From Octopus sinensis (taxonomy: Eukaryota): a stretch of DNA of 64,000 nt. Shown here one piece after another: positions 47,915 through 61,611 of this stretch. The stretch spans positions 23,312,001-23,376,000 of the forward strand of contig NC_043013.1 in assembly GCF_006345805.1 (NCBI RefSeq). Direction: 5' to 3'. The notes beneath the pieces are model-generated. The model did not search any database, was not told the origin of the DNA, and saw nothing but the letters and a program-made list of their open reading frames with translations. A program made the position numbers and the translations under genes. The first letter of the stretch is position 1. Each line of letters opens with the position of its first letter.

Positions 47915-48780
47915 GCTAGTATGATCCGCTGGATGTGTAATGCACACACGACAGAGCGTAAGCACCCTGAGAGAACTGTTGGACATAAGAAGCATCAGAT
48001 GTGGTGTGCAAGAGAAACGACTGCACTGGTATGGTCGTGTGCTGTGTACGGATGAGGAGAGCTGTGTGAAGAAGTGTCATTCCCTAACAGTTGAAGGAAC
48101 CTGTGGAAGAGGAAGACCCAGGAAGACCTGGGACGAGGTGGTGAAGCATGACCTTCAAACATTGGGCCTCACAGAGGCAATGATGAAAGACCAAGACCTC
48201 TGGAGATATGCTGTGATTGAGAAGACCTAGCAAGGAAAGTGAGGTCACAGCCATAGCCTATACCAGTGACACATAGCCAGCCCATTTAAAAAGCACCCTT
48301 GAATTGTTGGGTGACATGCCATGCTTGAGGAGGCCTATTGAGTCAAGTAAATCAAAATGAAAATCAAATGGAAATTGTAGTTGTGGCCGATACCTGTGCT
48401 GGTGACAAGCAATAAGCACCATTCATGTGTGGGTTGCTGCCAGAGTCGTCTGGTTGGCTCCCCGTACTGGTGGCACATAAAAAGCATCATCGGAACATGC
48501 TCAATGCCAGCTCCCCCCCCGCCTTGACTGGCTCCTGTGCTGGTGGCACCATCCAAACATGGCCAATGCAGTGCCGCCTGACTAGCTCCCGTGCTGGTGG
48601 CATGTAAAAAGCACCCACTACACTTGGAGTGGTTGGCATTTGGAAGGGCATCCAGCTGTAGAAACCTTGCCAGATCAGATTGGAGCCTAGTGCGGCCTCC
48701 TGGCTTGCCAGTCCCCAGTCGAACTGTCCAACCCATGCCAGCATGGAAAACGGACGTTAAATGATGATGATGATGATGAC
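47915..48780 (+). mobile_element. 5'-truncated RTE LINE: ORF end, 3' UTR and (TGA)n tail
   Basis: SMIRWMC...IRCGVQEKRLHWYGRV...GRGRPRKTWDEVVKHDL...LWRYAV*, followed by a 3' region identical in pattern to family A and ending TTAAATGATGATGATGATGATGAC. Confidence 0.9.
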
Positions 48781-49266
48781 TAAATGCAAGGTCAGCTTTT
48801 GTTATGGATGTGTACTGCTAATTGAGTTAGCTATGTCTATTACTGGCACCTAATTGACTTTGTCCATTACTGGTGTTTTAATATATCAACTGTGGACGAT
48901 TGTGGTAGGATGAGATGATGTATAGAAATGTTGTCTTCTTGGTTGCTATTAACATCAAGGTCGGCCATGGAACAAACAGACCTAGCATTTAGGACAAATA
49001 AGGGTTTGTTTAAAGGACAATTTGCCTGCTGTTTTTGTAAGTACAAGTAGCTTGTGTGAAACCTTCTTCAACATCTTGTTATATATATAAGATGTCAGTT
49101 CTTTCCTCCCCAAGCACCGTGTCTGGCACGGAGAACAATAAAGCCTTGTTTAAAAAGAAGTTTATTTGGCTGATGGTATATTAAGCAAGTTGATTTGACA
49201 TGCAAAGAAGTTCTTTCATTGACTCTTAGTACAGCATAGGATGAGTTTGGCTGCTGCAAATCTGTT

Positions 49267-49322
49267 TACCTTTCTTAATATATCAAATGCATTTGTGAAC
49301 TCCAACTTTCTCTGTAGACAGA
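49267..49322 (-). CDS. Candidate exon of an unresolved minus-strand gene
   Basis: Strong acceptor tattatctcttaacttcag and donor AAG/gtaaac; open as xICLQRKLEFTNAFDILRK. Neighbouring exons were not resolved. Confidence 0.3.
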
Positions 49323-49564
49323 TGTCTGAAGTTAAGAGATAATACCAAAATAATTCCAAAGTTTCAGATAATAAGCAAGAACAATATCCTTGAAACAAAA
49401 CATAAAGACTGAAATGTAAAGTAATTATTAAGTAACCCTACATTTTGCTTGACACCAAATGAAAGCTGAACTGAATACAGCTTCCCTACAAATGTTTTGT
49501 ATATTTGACTCAACACTTAATTCTACAAACATCAGATTACACAGCTATCAGGACTTGGTATTAA

Positions 49565-49788
49565 CCCATTAACTCCCACTGTCCTATAAACAGGACACTA
49601 AATGAGAACATTAAACAAGCTATAATCACATTGTCTCAGTGTCCTATTCATAGGACACCAAGTATTTCCATTTCTACTTGAAGTAAAGGAGTTTTAATAA
49701 TTATTTTTTTCCTTTTAACCTATTTTCAATCATTTGTAAAAATTTAAAAGTAATATTCAGAAATTTAAGTACTCTGGGACTTAATGGG
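49565..49788. mobile_element. piggyBac-type MITE
   Basis: TTAA TSD at 49561-49564 and 49789-49792; TIR CCCATTAACTCCCA / TGGGACTTAATGGG (13 of 14 complementary). Confidence 0.85.
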
Positions 49789-51685
49789 TTAAGTCACTGA
49801 GATGATTGGTGACTTGTCCATTATAGTAGGACGGTTCGTCTCACATCCTCTTCATATCATAAAACCTAAGCACCAGACCATAAATGATATTTTTTTTCAC
49901 ACTTAATGGCTTCGTTAATTGAAGAAGGGCAGTCCCTATGGTCATTTTGCGGCTGTCTGAGACTGATGGGAAGAAGGTGAGGAAATCAACTCCAGACTGA
50001 ACTTTGTGGTTTTGGAAACCTTTTTGCATTTTTCATTATCGATATAGTTTTTATGAGACTTGAAATTGTAATGGTTCACTTGTTGGTCTAGCAGTCTTGT
50101 TCGTGGTGGTGAGACCCATGTCATCTCTGATTAGCTGACCTCTGGTCAGCCAAGGTATTCCAACCATGACTATGCCATCGTTTCTTGTTAGATATATCTA
50201 GGGCATTGTCCAGAAATCTGGCATCTGGTGATTAATTATAGCAGGTCAAGCAACCATGTACAGTCTTGTCTCTATTGGTGCATCAAGTTTTTAACCAAAA
50301 ACGACCAAACTTGTTTATATGAATGAAATAGACATTATTACTATTTATAGATATTATCATTCGGTTTGTGTCTTGTTTCATTTTTTTTTAAATCTCCATT
50401 ATGTGGTGGGTGGGGTGTGGGGTTTCTTTTTGATAATTTGCATATGAATTATTTGAAACAAGTAGTTTTGGTTGTTATTGTTGCTTTACAATTGGATGCT
50501 TCTAAAAACACTAAATCACTCAACCCCGAAGTAAGAGAAATTTCTATTTTTTTTCACTAGATTTACTGAAGCAAATGGAAAGCTATATAATATTTGCTTG
50601 AGTTAATTAAAAAAAAGGAAATAATAATCTTTTTTTCTTTATTTCTAACTTTGAAAGGAACAAAGTAATATGAATGAAACTGTTTGGAAATGATTCTAAA
50701 GAGATTGGTTCTCATTTTATTGCACCGTTTATAGGTCAGCTGTTTTCTAGAACAGAGTCGAATGGAGAGGAATATTCTGAGGAGCATGTGGAGAGTAGAT
50801 AGAAATATGCCAGCTTAGTAATGAATAGGATTTCTTGGTGTATTTGAAGCATTTAAAAATAAAAAGGGAAATAAAATGTTGTTAAGAGAAATCACCCAAG
50901 ATACATTAAAATGAAAGTAATTTCAGAGTCCATACTTTTGGAGGGGGACTTTAATTATTTAAGCCTTTAGAATTTAAACTGGTCATATCCGGCCAAAATA
51001 TTCTTTTTGTTTTATGTTCAAAGTGGTCAGATCTGGACCCTCACACCTACCCCGGAATGTCATTCTAAAAATAAACAATCGCATCTCTCACTGTGAATGC
51101 AGAAATATGCAATGGGAAAACAAAAAAAAAAAACACGAAAAGAAAACATGGAAAATGGATGTTAAATGATGAAGATGATGATGGTGATGAGTATCTTGTA
51201 TGACATTCTACAGTTTGTGTCACCAACTGAATCAGCAATCAGATAAGCGTAAATGCTACTCCAACTGCTCTCAGCACCTTTGCTTGCTTTTGGTGTCACC
51301 ATCGATGTCTGTGTTGCTACTGCTGAAGCTGATGTCAATGTTAGCATCATCATCGTCATTTTATGTCTGCTTTTCATGCTGGTAGGGGTTAGGTGAGTTG
51401 ATACCCGTCTAGCTCAGTTCTTATTCAGTGGAAAAACCATGTCTTGCAAGTACATTTCAGTTTTGTACACCTGGATGTCTTTTCTAATACATTAACCACT
51501 TCCCAGAGGGCACTGGGTGCATTTCATTGTGACACCAGCACTAATGAGGTCAGCATTTGTTCTGCGAGTTTGAAGTGTTTCCATTACTCTCTGGTGTCTC
51601 TGTTCGGTTAAGAAATTGCTATTGAGAGAGTGAATAGCAGACAGAGTGATGAAAGGCAGAAGATGAATGAGGACAGGTGGGTGAG

Positions 51686-51733
<48 letters not shown>

Positions 51734-52419
51734 CTGAGAGAAAGTGATGAATGTTATTAATGATGAGTGGGCTGGGGAGAGGGAGGGATGACTGGCAGCT
51801 TACAGAGGATGATGGCAGAGTGTATTGAGTGGAAATAGAGCTTTTACAATCATTTCTATAGACATTGGTACCGTGATGGGTGAAAGAGATAGGGTGATAA
51901 AGATGTTGGTTAGGCTCAGTGCCATCACTTGTTAGATGGATGGCATGGCACAATCAAGAGGGGAGAATGAATACCAGAGAGTTGAGAGGATTGGATAGGT
52001 CCAATGACATTCCTTATTAAACAGGCAGACTGATACAGTGGATAGAAGAGGGAGAGAGGGATAAAGGGATGAGGGAATATCAAAAAGTGGGGACAAATAG
52101 CAGACCTAAACTTATCAGGGATCATATTGGGTAAAAGACCCAAAAGTTAATTTATTATAACTCCATCACAACCACCAGTAGATATATATAATACCCACCC
52201 ACCCACGTATTACTATGTTAAACAATGTGTCATTACCTTAGACTCTGAATTGCATTAAATATTGTGGAATAAAGACAAAATAATTCTTGCTTTTCACTTT
52301 ACAGTAAGGAGTGTGGGCAGATGACAATTAGTATGGCTGTAAAATTCTTTCGTTATTGAATAATTCTAATTTGTTGATTATGTTAAATTATTTGCATTTG
52401 CTGGTTGTGATCATTTTTA

Positions 52420-52730
52420 GAGACATTTTCTTCTGTAGGTGCTGGTGCCACATAAAAGGCACCCATTTTAGTGCTATGTAAAAAGCACCCATGCTGGTGC
52501 CACTTAGAAAGCACCTGTGCTGGTGCCATGTAAAATGCATTGGAGCTGGTACCACTCATAAAGTACACTATACACTCTGTAAAATGGTTGGCATTAGGAA
52601 GGGCATCCAGCTGTAGAAATCCTGCCAAAACAGACAATTGGAGTCTAGGCAGCTCTCCAACTGACCAGCTCCTCCCATCAAATTGTCCAATCCATGCCAG
52701 CATGGAAAGCAGAAGTTAAATGATAATATA
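52420..52730 (+). mobile_element. Family A repeat
   Basis: GGTTGGCATTAGGAAGGGCATCCAGCTGTAGAAA...CCATGCCAGCATGGAAAGCAGAAGTTAAATGATAAT. Confidence 0.85.
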
Positions 52731-54769
52731 ATATGGACATTGAATGTTAGAAATTTTCTCATCTATCTTGCCAAGAATATTAAAATAGGACTAAAAATGG
52801 GAAAACCAACTCTTGAAGAAGAATAACTTTAGTCATATGAAGGTATAAAAATAATTAAAATATTTCAAATTACATGATTCAGCAAGAAAAAAAGGAGGTT
52901 TTGTAGCTGCAGTAGTGAAAGAGATTAAAAAGAGAAAGCAAAAACAAACTGTTTTGTTCTTTTGTTTCCCATGTTTGGTATTTCCTTTTGTATCTAACAG
53001 AAGTTTGTAAGAACTAGCTCCTGAGATTTAAGCCCTTGAAAGCCATGTCATGATAATGGCTGCAGTCCAATGAGTGAAACAAGCAAACATGTTATCTGTT
53101 GTTTTGCAATTGGTTTGTTGGTGATGGCTGTAGCCTACATGTTACATGTTATCTTGTTAAGTAGTTTTAGGTTTGCAGAAGTGTTGTGGTTAGTCAGTTA
53201 TCAACCATGGAGCAGTAAATATATCAGTCAGTGCAGATAAGCATCGAGTCATTGTGACATGTTTTGTCTTGTTTTCTTTGGCTTTTACCATCTCTCTCCA
53301 AAATCATACCCTACCATCTCAAAAATAAGGATATATTGGATAATGTAGCCCTAAAAATCTCATTAACCATAATTTGGTCATGGTTAATCTTTAATCATAA
53401 GTCTGCTTGACCAAGATTAACCTTGAATCATACAAGAACAACAACAGCCTAACTGGAATTATTTCAGAGAACTCAATTAGTTGTAATATTGGCATTTCAG
53501 TTTAGAATTCCATTTCATTTTGAATTCTTTTTTTTTTTACAACCATTTAATTCCTCACCAATATGGTTATAATCTTTAATTTTATTGTTTAATGTAATCC
53601 TTTGTGTATCCTCTTCAGAGGAACGGTTACAGCTTCCGTTTTATTAATGAAGCTGAACCCGCAAAAGAGCTTCTGCTTTGTCATGTAGCAGCTAAATCTT
53701 TCCTCAAACTTAAAACCAATATTTGACATCAGGAAGGGGATTCCAATGCATGCCAGCAGGGAAAAAGTGGACATAAAAATGAAAACCAATGCCAGGTGGT
53801 ACTGGCCTAAAACATTTATTCTGTCCAGCGATCTCTTGTCACAATTCTATTGACCAACTACTGGAGCCACAGAAACCAACTCAATAGGAGACAAGAAACC
53901 CATTTAAGGCAGTGACAGTTTGTATTGTGTCGCTGATGTTGTGTTCAATGCACACTGTAGATTAGTTCACTGTTGAAGGTGGCAGGAGCACTGTAGACTT
54001 GCCAAGTGGTTTGTTTACTGGTATTGCTGTGTTTGACTCCTTTCATGATCTTCGTTTGTGATATAAGATGAACACATTAACCTGGTGACTGAGGCCATCA
54101 GGTAAATGTCCTTTAACTTTTGTTAGTTAAAGCTGGTGCAGATACTGTACTCTGGTGTTGAAATATTTCTGCGTTCATATATACTCATACACAAACCAGT
54201 GTGTCACCAGTGTGTAAAGGAAATTACACTGTGTTCCAAAAATTTTAAAGACATTTATTAGAAAAAAAGAAGAGCCTTGCTTGAAGCATCGGAATTTATT
54301 TTGACTTGTCTTATTTATATGTTTGGTTAATAAGATAATGGTGACAATGGACCAAATTTAGTGACATGTTAATTATGTTATGTCTTCAAGATCAAAGATC
54401 AAATCAATTTACCAAAGAGGAAAACAACAAAATTATTTCTATACTTTTCAGAAGTTGAGGGAATGACAGATGGTAGAATGGTAAGCGTTAGTGTTTGTCT
54501 TTTGTAGTTTACATATAAAGTGGAGAATTCAGTTGGTTCTCATTCTGATGCGATTGAGAGAAAGTCTGGTAGTTTCACACTCACCCCCATTATTACAAAT
54601 GAAGGGTAACATGGCTGTTGACTTTCTTTAGTGGTTGAGAAAAGTTTGAACATTTTAAATAAAGGGTTGGAAAGCATATTGCCATCCCATTTCTTATTTC
54701 CACCTTTCACTTCTCTCCTAAAACCTCTCTCTACCTTTCTTATACTATATTTTTTTTTGTGTCTCTTAC

Positions 54770-55145
54770 TCTTTTACTTGTTTCAGTCATTTGACTGCGG
54801 CCATGCTGGAGCACCGCCTTTAGTCGAGCAAATCAACCCCGGGACTTATTCTTTGTAAGCCCAGTACTTATTCTATCGGCCTCTTTTTGCCGAACCGCTA
54901 AGTGACGGGGACGTAAACACTCCAGCATCAGTTGTCAAGCAATGCTAGGGGGACAAACACACATGTATATATATACATATATACGACAGGCTTCTTTCAG
55001 TTTCCGTCTACCAAATCCACTCACAAGGCATTGGTCAGCCCGGGGCTGTAGCAGAAGACACTTGCCCAAGATGCCACGCAGTGAGACTGAACCCGGAACC
55101 ATGTGGTTGGTTAGCAAGCTACTTACCACATAGCCACTCCTGCGC
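54770..55145 (-). mobile_element. Full-length family C tRNA-derived SINE
   Basis: The reverse complement begins AGGCGCAGGAGTGGCTATGTGGTAAGTAG...GGTTCCGGGTTCAGTCTC (A-box and B-box-like motifs). Confidence 0.92.
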
Positions 55146-55199
55146 CTATTGCATTTTTTCCCCCCTTGTTTTCCCTTCCATCATTTTGGGACTTTTTCT

Positions 55200-55740
55200 C
55201 AATCTCTCTCTCTCTCTCTTCTTGAGTTTTTCCCTTTTCTCTCTCGTCACAATCCTCATTTGTCTCTCTCCCAATTCATTTGTCACTCACTCTCTCTCTC
55301 TCTCTCTCACTCATTCGTCACTCTCTATTCAGTCTTATTTATCCTTCTTTCTCTCTCCCCATCACTTATTCCTCTCATGCATTCCCTCTCACTCAATTAT
55401 TACTCATTTTTTGCTCATCACTTCCTCTCTCTTTTCACTCATTTTTTCTTTCTTTCCACTCGTCTGCCCATCTTTCTCCTTTACATTTGAATCCTCTTTC
55501 TTTCTTTCTTTCCTTCCTTCCTTCCTTTCTTTCGACTAATCTGTTCTCCCCCACCCTCCCCACCATATACCTTTCTCCCCACTCACTTATCTTTAACTTG
55601 TTCTTCCTCTGATTCTCTGAATTTCTCCATTTGTCACTCTTCTCTTCCCGCTCTCTCATCTTTCACTTGCTTTCTGTCCTTCCTAACTCTCCACTATTTC
55701 ACTCGCGCTCCTCTCTTCTACCTCTCTCTCTTTCTCTCTG
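55200..55740. repeat. Pyrimidine-rich low-complexity tract
   Basis: Seen directly. Confidence 0.9.
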
Positions 55741-55777
55741 CTGACTATATTATGATTCACACAATTATTGATTGATG

Positions 55778-55818
<41 letters not shown>

Positions 55819-56127
55819 TGTGTGTATATCCATCCTCCTGTCAGGTGTTATACTGATTCTGCCGTGCAGCATCCTTCTCACCCCCACCGTTTCTACACAA
55901 CGAAATGACTCAGGCCTTCACTTGCACCATGTGACCCACCGATCTTTTCCCTCGCATCGTTGTTCTAACAGAGAATTAGTTCCCTATAGCAAACTAGGCG
56001 GGAACTCCTATTTGAAAGGGACTAAACTCACTGCAACACCGTTGTGTAGTTACATCACTTACCAATTGTATATTTCGTGTTTTGAAAATAAATTAAAAAC
56101 AATTTTTGCCATTACATATTATTAGTG

Positions 56128-56331
56128 GGTACTACTTGAGAACAGTGGTCCCGGTGCGCGCACTCGCGTAGTCGCGCATCCGCGCTAGCTAGTCATGACT
56201 AGTCGATCCTTACTTTGTGTTTTTGTGTTTTATTTACTTTGCTACGTAATCGTTGTAGGATCGACTAGTCACGACTAGCTAGCGCGGATGCGCGACTGCG
56301 CGCACCGGGACCACTGTTCTCAAGTAGTACC
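56128..56331. mobile_element. Second copy of the Mutator-type MITE family seen at 18338
   Basis: TIRs GGTACTACTTGAGAACAGTGGTCCCGGTGCGCG / CGCGCACCGGGACCACTGTTCTCAAGTAGTACC; no 9-bp TSD. Confidence 0.88.
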
Positions 56332-58106
56332 AAAACGATTAAGTATTTTTGCCATTCCATATTATTAGTGGAGGTGGTGGATAGCAGAATCGGCAAAGAA
56401 GCACTCTAAATGTCTAATGTTCCGACTGTGAATCCTTTCACAGAATCGTCAGATCGATATAATAATACGAGTCATCATCCATGCAGTGGGTTCGATTCGA
56501 TCGACTTTCCTCCCCACCTAAACTGATTTATGGCCTTTTGTCAACGTCATCGTCGTCGTCATTATTTATTATTAGTTAAATCAATATTTTAATACCGTGC
56601 GTGTATCAAATCCTCTTTTCCGTATGCATTTCCACGTTAAGATTTTGAATCGCTTTCTGTTAAATTTTGCAGTCTTCACTCTTTTGTAACTTTCGTTGTT
56701 AGTCATAGTCTAGATTTAATATATAACGATGTTTCTTGTTATTAGTGTTTTGTAATAGTAGTAGGAATAGTGGCGATGGTTAATAGCTTAGTTGACAACT
56801 ATCGAACAACCAACTGTCCCATTTTGGTCAGGCTTTCACATCTCGCTCTCACCGTTCGTCATGATCTCTATTCGAAACAGCTTATTTCTCAATATGCTTC
56901 ATTCGAAAAGGAAAATCTTCTGTAACCCTTAGAGTTGCCATCACAGACTTTCTCTTCACGTTGTTTCAAAAACGTAGGTGCTGCAGTGTGGTAGACAACT
57001 CTTATTAAGCCATATCTGCGATACATGTGGAATCTCTGATTTAGCCATTTTACTTTTACACTTAGTTTCGGTATCTGTGATTTCTCGTTGTACCATAGTG
57101 AAAAGTTGTAAGAAAGACGGAATCTGCTTAGTAGACTTATCTGTTGATATAGTGTATCTGTACTAAGTCAACCGAGTGAAGCTAATTTTGCTCTAAGTTA
57201 GAAACCCTAAATACAAAGTGTAAATGAAGTGAAATGGCAACTGCAAGAATCGAACGTGCATCGTGGACTTAGCTATGATGTTTGTTCTTCATGTGTTATT
57301 GTTGTTTAACCCCAGATTAGTCCTGATTAAGGAAACCTGTCACAAAAAGGCAGACCAGTCACAGTCATTCCCTCGTTTTGTTGGACATTGTCCACTCCCT
57401 TTTCAAGATATTAAGGTATAACTTGAAGGATATTTTATTTACTGCTTATAACAGGTGGAGTGACCCTGTAGACACTCATTTTCTTTTTCAGTCGACCTAG
57501 CTGGTACCCACTTTAAACATACTCTTGTTAAAACTGTATGCCAAACACTAACCTTTTTCAAGACCCTTCTCCCCACAAATACTTAACCTTTGATCAGTTA
57601 CTGACCCTCAGACCCCAAATGGTGTCCTGCTACCACAACTGGGATGTTGTTGTTGCCGAACACCAACAACATTGATTGCATACAAAAGACAAAACGAGGT
57701 CATCAGATTGATTGATAGTGACTCACCTACACAGCACTGACCCAGAAATCTCCTGTTTTGGCCTCATTTATCCTTAATACAATGACCCTGCTCTTCTGAA
57801 CGAGCTATTTACGTACCACACTCACCCATTCCCCTAACCACTGTTCTGTCTTTTGTCAACCATGTAAGCCTCATCACTAATTAATTTGTTCAACTATTCC
57901 TACCCAGCTTATTGATGTTCAAGCTGAGCATCAAGGATAGTGACCTTACCACTCTTAGGATAAGCCTGCAAAAACCATGAACATTACCTTTCCTTTGACT
58001 AAATCACAAAAAAAAAAATGTCTTTCTTAGGTAAAAAAAGTTACCTTTGATATAGGACTTTGTTAAATAAAGAAAGATGTACATGTTTCTTGCACTATTC
58101 TCACTT

Positions 58107-58161
58107 ATGGTCATGAATGATGGTCATGAATGATGGTCATGAATGATGGTCATGAATGATG
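58107..58161. repeat. 13-bp tandem repeat ATGGTCATGAATG, 4 copies
   Basis: Units start at 58107, 58120, 58133 and 58146. Confidence 0.95.
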
Positions 58162-59859
58162 AGTGATGACTGAAAGAGTACAATTGTGAATAAAAGCAGC
58201 CAAAATGAAGTTCTTGTGAAGAATCTGTGGGGTAATGTTACATGGCAACATAGCTTGGTGATTAAGGAGTCTCTTCAGATCAAGTTGGTAGTTTTCTGCG
58301 TTGAGAGGTCTCGGCTCTGATACTATGGATATGTGATTCGAATGTAGCCGGAAAGAATTGCAACATGGATTCTTCAAGCTGAACCAATTGACAGAAGACC
58401 TCGAAGTGGACCATTGACATGATGGTTGGATAACGTCAACTGTCTCACTTGGTCACCCTTGGGAATCCAGATGGAAAGTCTATTGATGGTTCCTTCTGAT
58501 GGGACCCTATGGAAGAGGGGCCTGAGGACTTTGACTCCACAACCCTCCCAAGAATGGTGAGCAGGGAAGATGGATGGATACATGTTTGGTTACCTACTCC
58601 AGTTGATTGAAGACTGATTTCCGAAGTAGGTGCTCAGTTTCAAAGTGCATGGCTCCACTCCAAGTGTTTTCAACAATGTCTAAAACAATGTTGTGTAATT
58701 AGAATCAAGTTTGGTCTGAACTGGTGCCAGACTAACAGAAGAGAATGAGGATACATGTGTTTCTTTTAATTTGATCTCAGTGCCATTCAGTCTATGTGCA
58801 TAAAAGGAACGACAGAGTGAAAGCTACAGTAGTAGTACTAGTAGTAGTAGTGTCTCGTCTACCAATCCAGAAATTGAATTATTCCAGCTGAAACTGTTTA
58901 ATTGCATTTGGTCCTCAGTTTACTCATAGGAAGAATGAAAACCAGCGGCTCTCAACTACAGAACCCAAAGCCTCATGCAGCCCTCAGGCACCTTTCTGTG
59001 ACCCTTGACAGTCTCCCTCTAATAATATAATGAATTTTTCTTTAATTGGCATGTGTTTAATTTTTTTGGTGCAACCCCCTAAAAAATTGAGGTTTTGGAT
59101 CTGGCCTAGATATTAAAAAGACTGAGAACCATCTGATATAAGTTAATGATAAGACTTTCTCACTTATGGACGGAAGGTTTGTCTCTTTACAATCCTCCAT
59201 CTTACCACAACTGACATATTTTACTCATAATCTGTATGGAAAATATGTGACGAGTCTTTTCTGTGGAAAGTTACTCATTAAAGTTGCATGCTCTGTCTTA
59301 TGTCCTACCTACTTGTCAGGTGAGTTTGTGGCTGTTGGTGAGAGTTATCTGTTAAACACTGGAATATCTGTTAAACACTGGAATATCAGCCGGAGGTGGG
59401 GGATTAATCTCACTTCTGCTCAACACTAGAAGCATTATGTAAGCACTGGCCACGTGCATTTCTGCATTGATTAGAGAGTTAAGAAGATAACCCAGACATG
59501 TTGTCTTAAAGGATAGTGAAGAGGTGATGTTGTTGTTTAGCCTCAGGCCAAGCCTAATCCAAGACATTCTAACCAGAAAACATCTTTTCAGATATATTTT
59601 AGAAGATTTTGCTGCTATTTCTAGTAGGTAGGGTAACCATTGAGGCTTTCTGATGGGCTTGAGCAAAGGACAGTTGGTGTTTAAGGTAGGGAGGTTTTAG
59701 AATAAAATGTCATCATTATTTTATCTATGCCAAAGACTGATTCTTTTGATTTTCTCATAATTTTGGAATATAAATACATATTCTATGCACTACGAATCGT
59801 AATTTCACAATTATCATAGGTTACAGTATGATTACTGAAGGCTACACCTTTCACTGATA

Positions 59860-60345
59860 TATGAAGGAGTACCCCCCGCCAAACCAAAATTTTGCCATAT
59901 TATCTTATTCATTTAGTTTTACATGTTTACACTTTTATCACCTCCAAAGTATTCTCCATTTGAAGCAATGCATCGATCCAGAACTCTTGCAAAGTGATGC
60001 CTTTTAACACCAAGTTCATCAATAGTTCAGTGACGGTCCTCTAAGATCAGTTCATGGATTTTCATGGATGTTTCCATTCATTCAGGAGGTCAGTGGCAGT
60101 CCGGAACAAGGCTGGTCTTCAAGAGACAAGTGACCATTCTTAAAGCATGGAAACCACTTGTAAGCTTGTGTTTTGCTTATAGCAGCATCCTTGTAAGCTG
60201 CTTGAAGCATAAGAACTGTTTTCACTACTATTTTCCCTAGCAGAAAACAGAATTTCATGGAAGCACGCTGTTCCTTTGTTTCAGCCATCACAAAAATTGA
60301 CAAACAGAGAAGCACTACAAAACAAAGAGGTACAACATGGCAGTA
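59860..60345 (-). mobile_element. Internally deleted mariner relic
   Basis: AETKEQRASMKFCFLLGK...LMLQAAYKDAAISKTQAYKWFPCFKNGHLSLEDQPCSGLP matches the mariner N-terminal HTH region. Confidence 0.85.
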
Positions 60346-60659
60346 TGACTTCAGCTGATGCTGTTGGTTGGGAGACTGATGCCTGAGGATTGCATCAAGT
60401 AGCTTCTAACAGTAGAAGCCTGAACTACAATGGCTTTGTCCCACAGAGAATGTTTCCGGTTCCTTTTGGGTACCCCCTCATACACATACATTCCCTACCT
60501 CTAATCATCTGTCACACTGTTTACACTCAGTGCACTTCCAAATACACCTTTGTACCTGGACCTCACATTTCTTTCTTTCTCTTACCTTCCAGGTGAGCAA
60601 GCCATGGATTCACCTCTTCGGCTCCTCTCCCTCTATTATAGTTTCTTAGTCTTCTATTC

Positions 60660-60880
60660 AGGTGAGAGGCCTTACCTTGTGGGAACTTGGTGACCTCACC
60701 AGTGCTGGTGCCATGTAAAAAGCATCCAGTATACCTTAAGTGGTTGGCGTTAGGAAAGGCATCCAGCTGTAGAAACCATGTCAGAGCAGACACTGGGCCC
60801 TTTGGCTTGTCTGTTTTTGTTAAACTGTCTAACCCAAGCCAGCATGGAAAAATGGACTTTAAATGATGATGATGATGGGC
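60660..60880 (+). mobile_element. Family A repeat
   Basis: GGTTGGCGTTAGGAAAGGCATCCAGCTGTAGAAACC...CCAGCATGGAAAAATGGACTTTAAATGATGATGATGATG. Confidence 0.85.
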
Positions 60881-61611
60881 TTCTGTCCCTGATTTCACTC
60901 AGAGGGAATTGGTCTACTTAAGGTAATGATAGAAGACATTTGACCAAAGTGTCATAAGGTGGGATTGAACCTAAAACTACATGGTTGTGAAGTGAACTTG
61001 TTACCCACTCAGCTTACATTCACTGGCTGTGATTTTGTGATTACATTTCTCAAACAGGGACTGAAAATCCATTACTGAGCTTGAAGAGTCATTTTGCCCT
61101 AGAGCTTGGCCATGTTCCTGGAATGTCACCCAATTCCTGTCATTGCTTATTCAACAAGAGTTTCATTCCACAGGTAAAACAAACCGCCAAAACAGTGGCT
61201 TCAGTTTTTTGGTGACTGAAAGGTTTCAACAGTCACAGCCAAACTTGCTAAAAATTTCCCCAGCTTGTTGTTCACCTTTCGTCCATCTAAGAGTTTATGA
61301 CAATAGTTTTCAGCCTTTTTGATATCCAGGCCACACCCAAAACTTATATTTAGTGTGGGGGTGCATCAAAAAAACTAAAACGCAAATCACTTAAAGAAAA
61401 ATTTATTAGAAATATGGAGGGAAGAGCATTTCAGAGCCACTAGGAGGATGCTTAAGGGCCACAGGTGAGAACTGCTGGTTTATGATAAATGTATTGGTAG
61501 AATCAGTTTTTGCAATAAAAGTAGCTGGAGATGATAACTGTGGAAAATAATATTTGATAGAAAATTACTATTTGTAAATCTCACAATGAGAGATATTTAG
61601 CAACAGTACTT

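Noticed and set aside
59346-59386. 19-bp tandem duplication ATCTGTTAAACACTGGAAT
   Set aside because: Simple local slippage duplication with no further structure.
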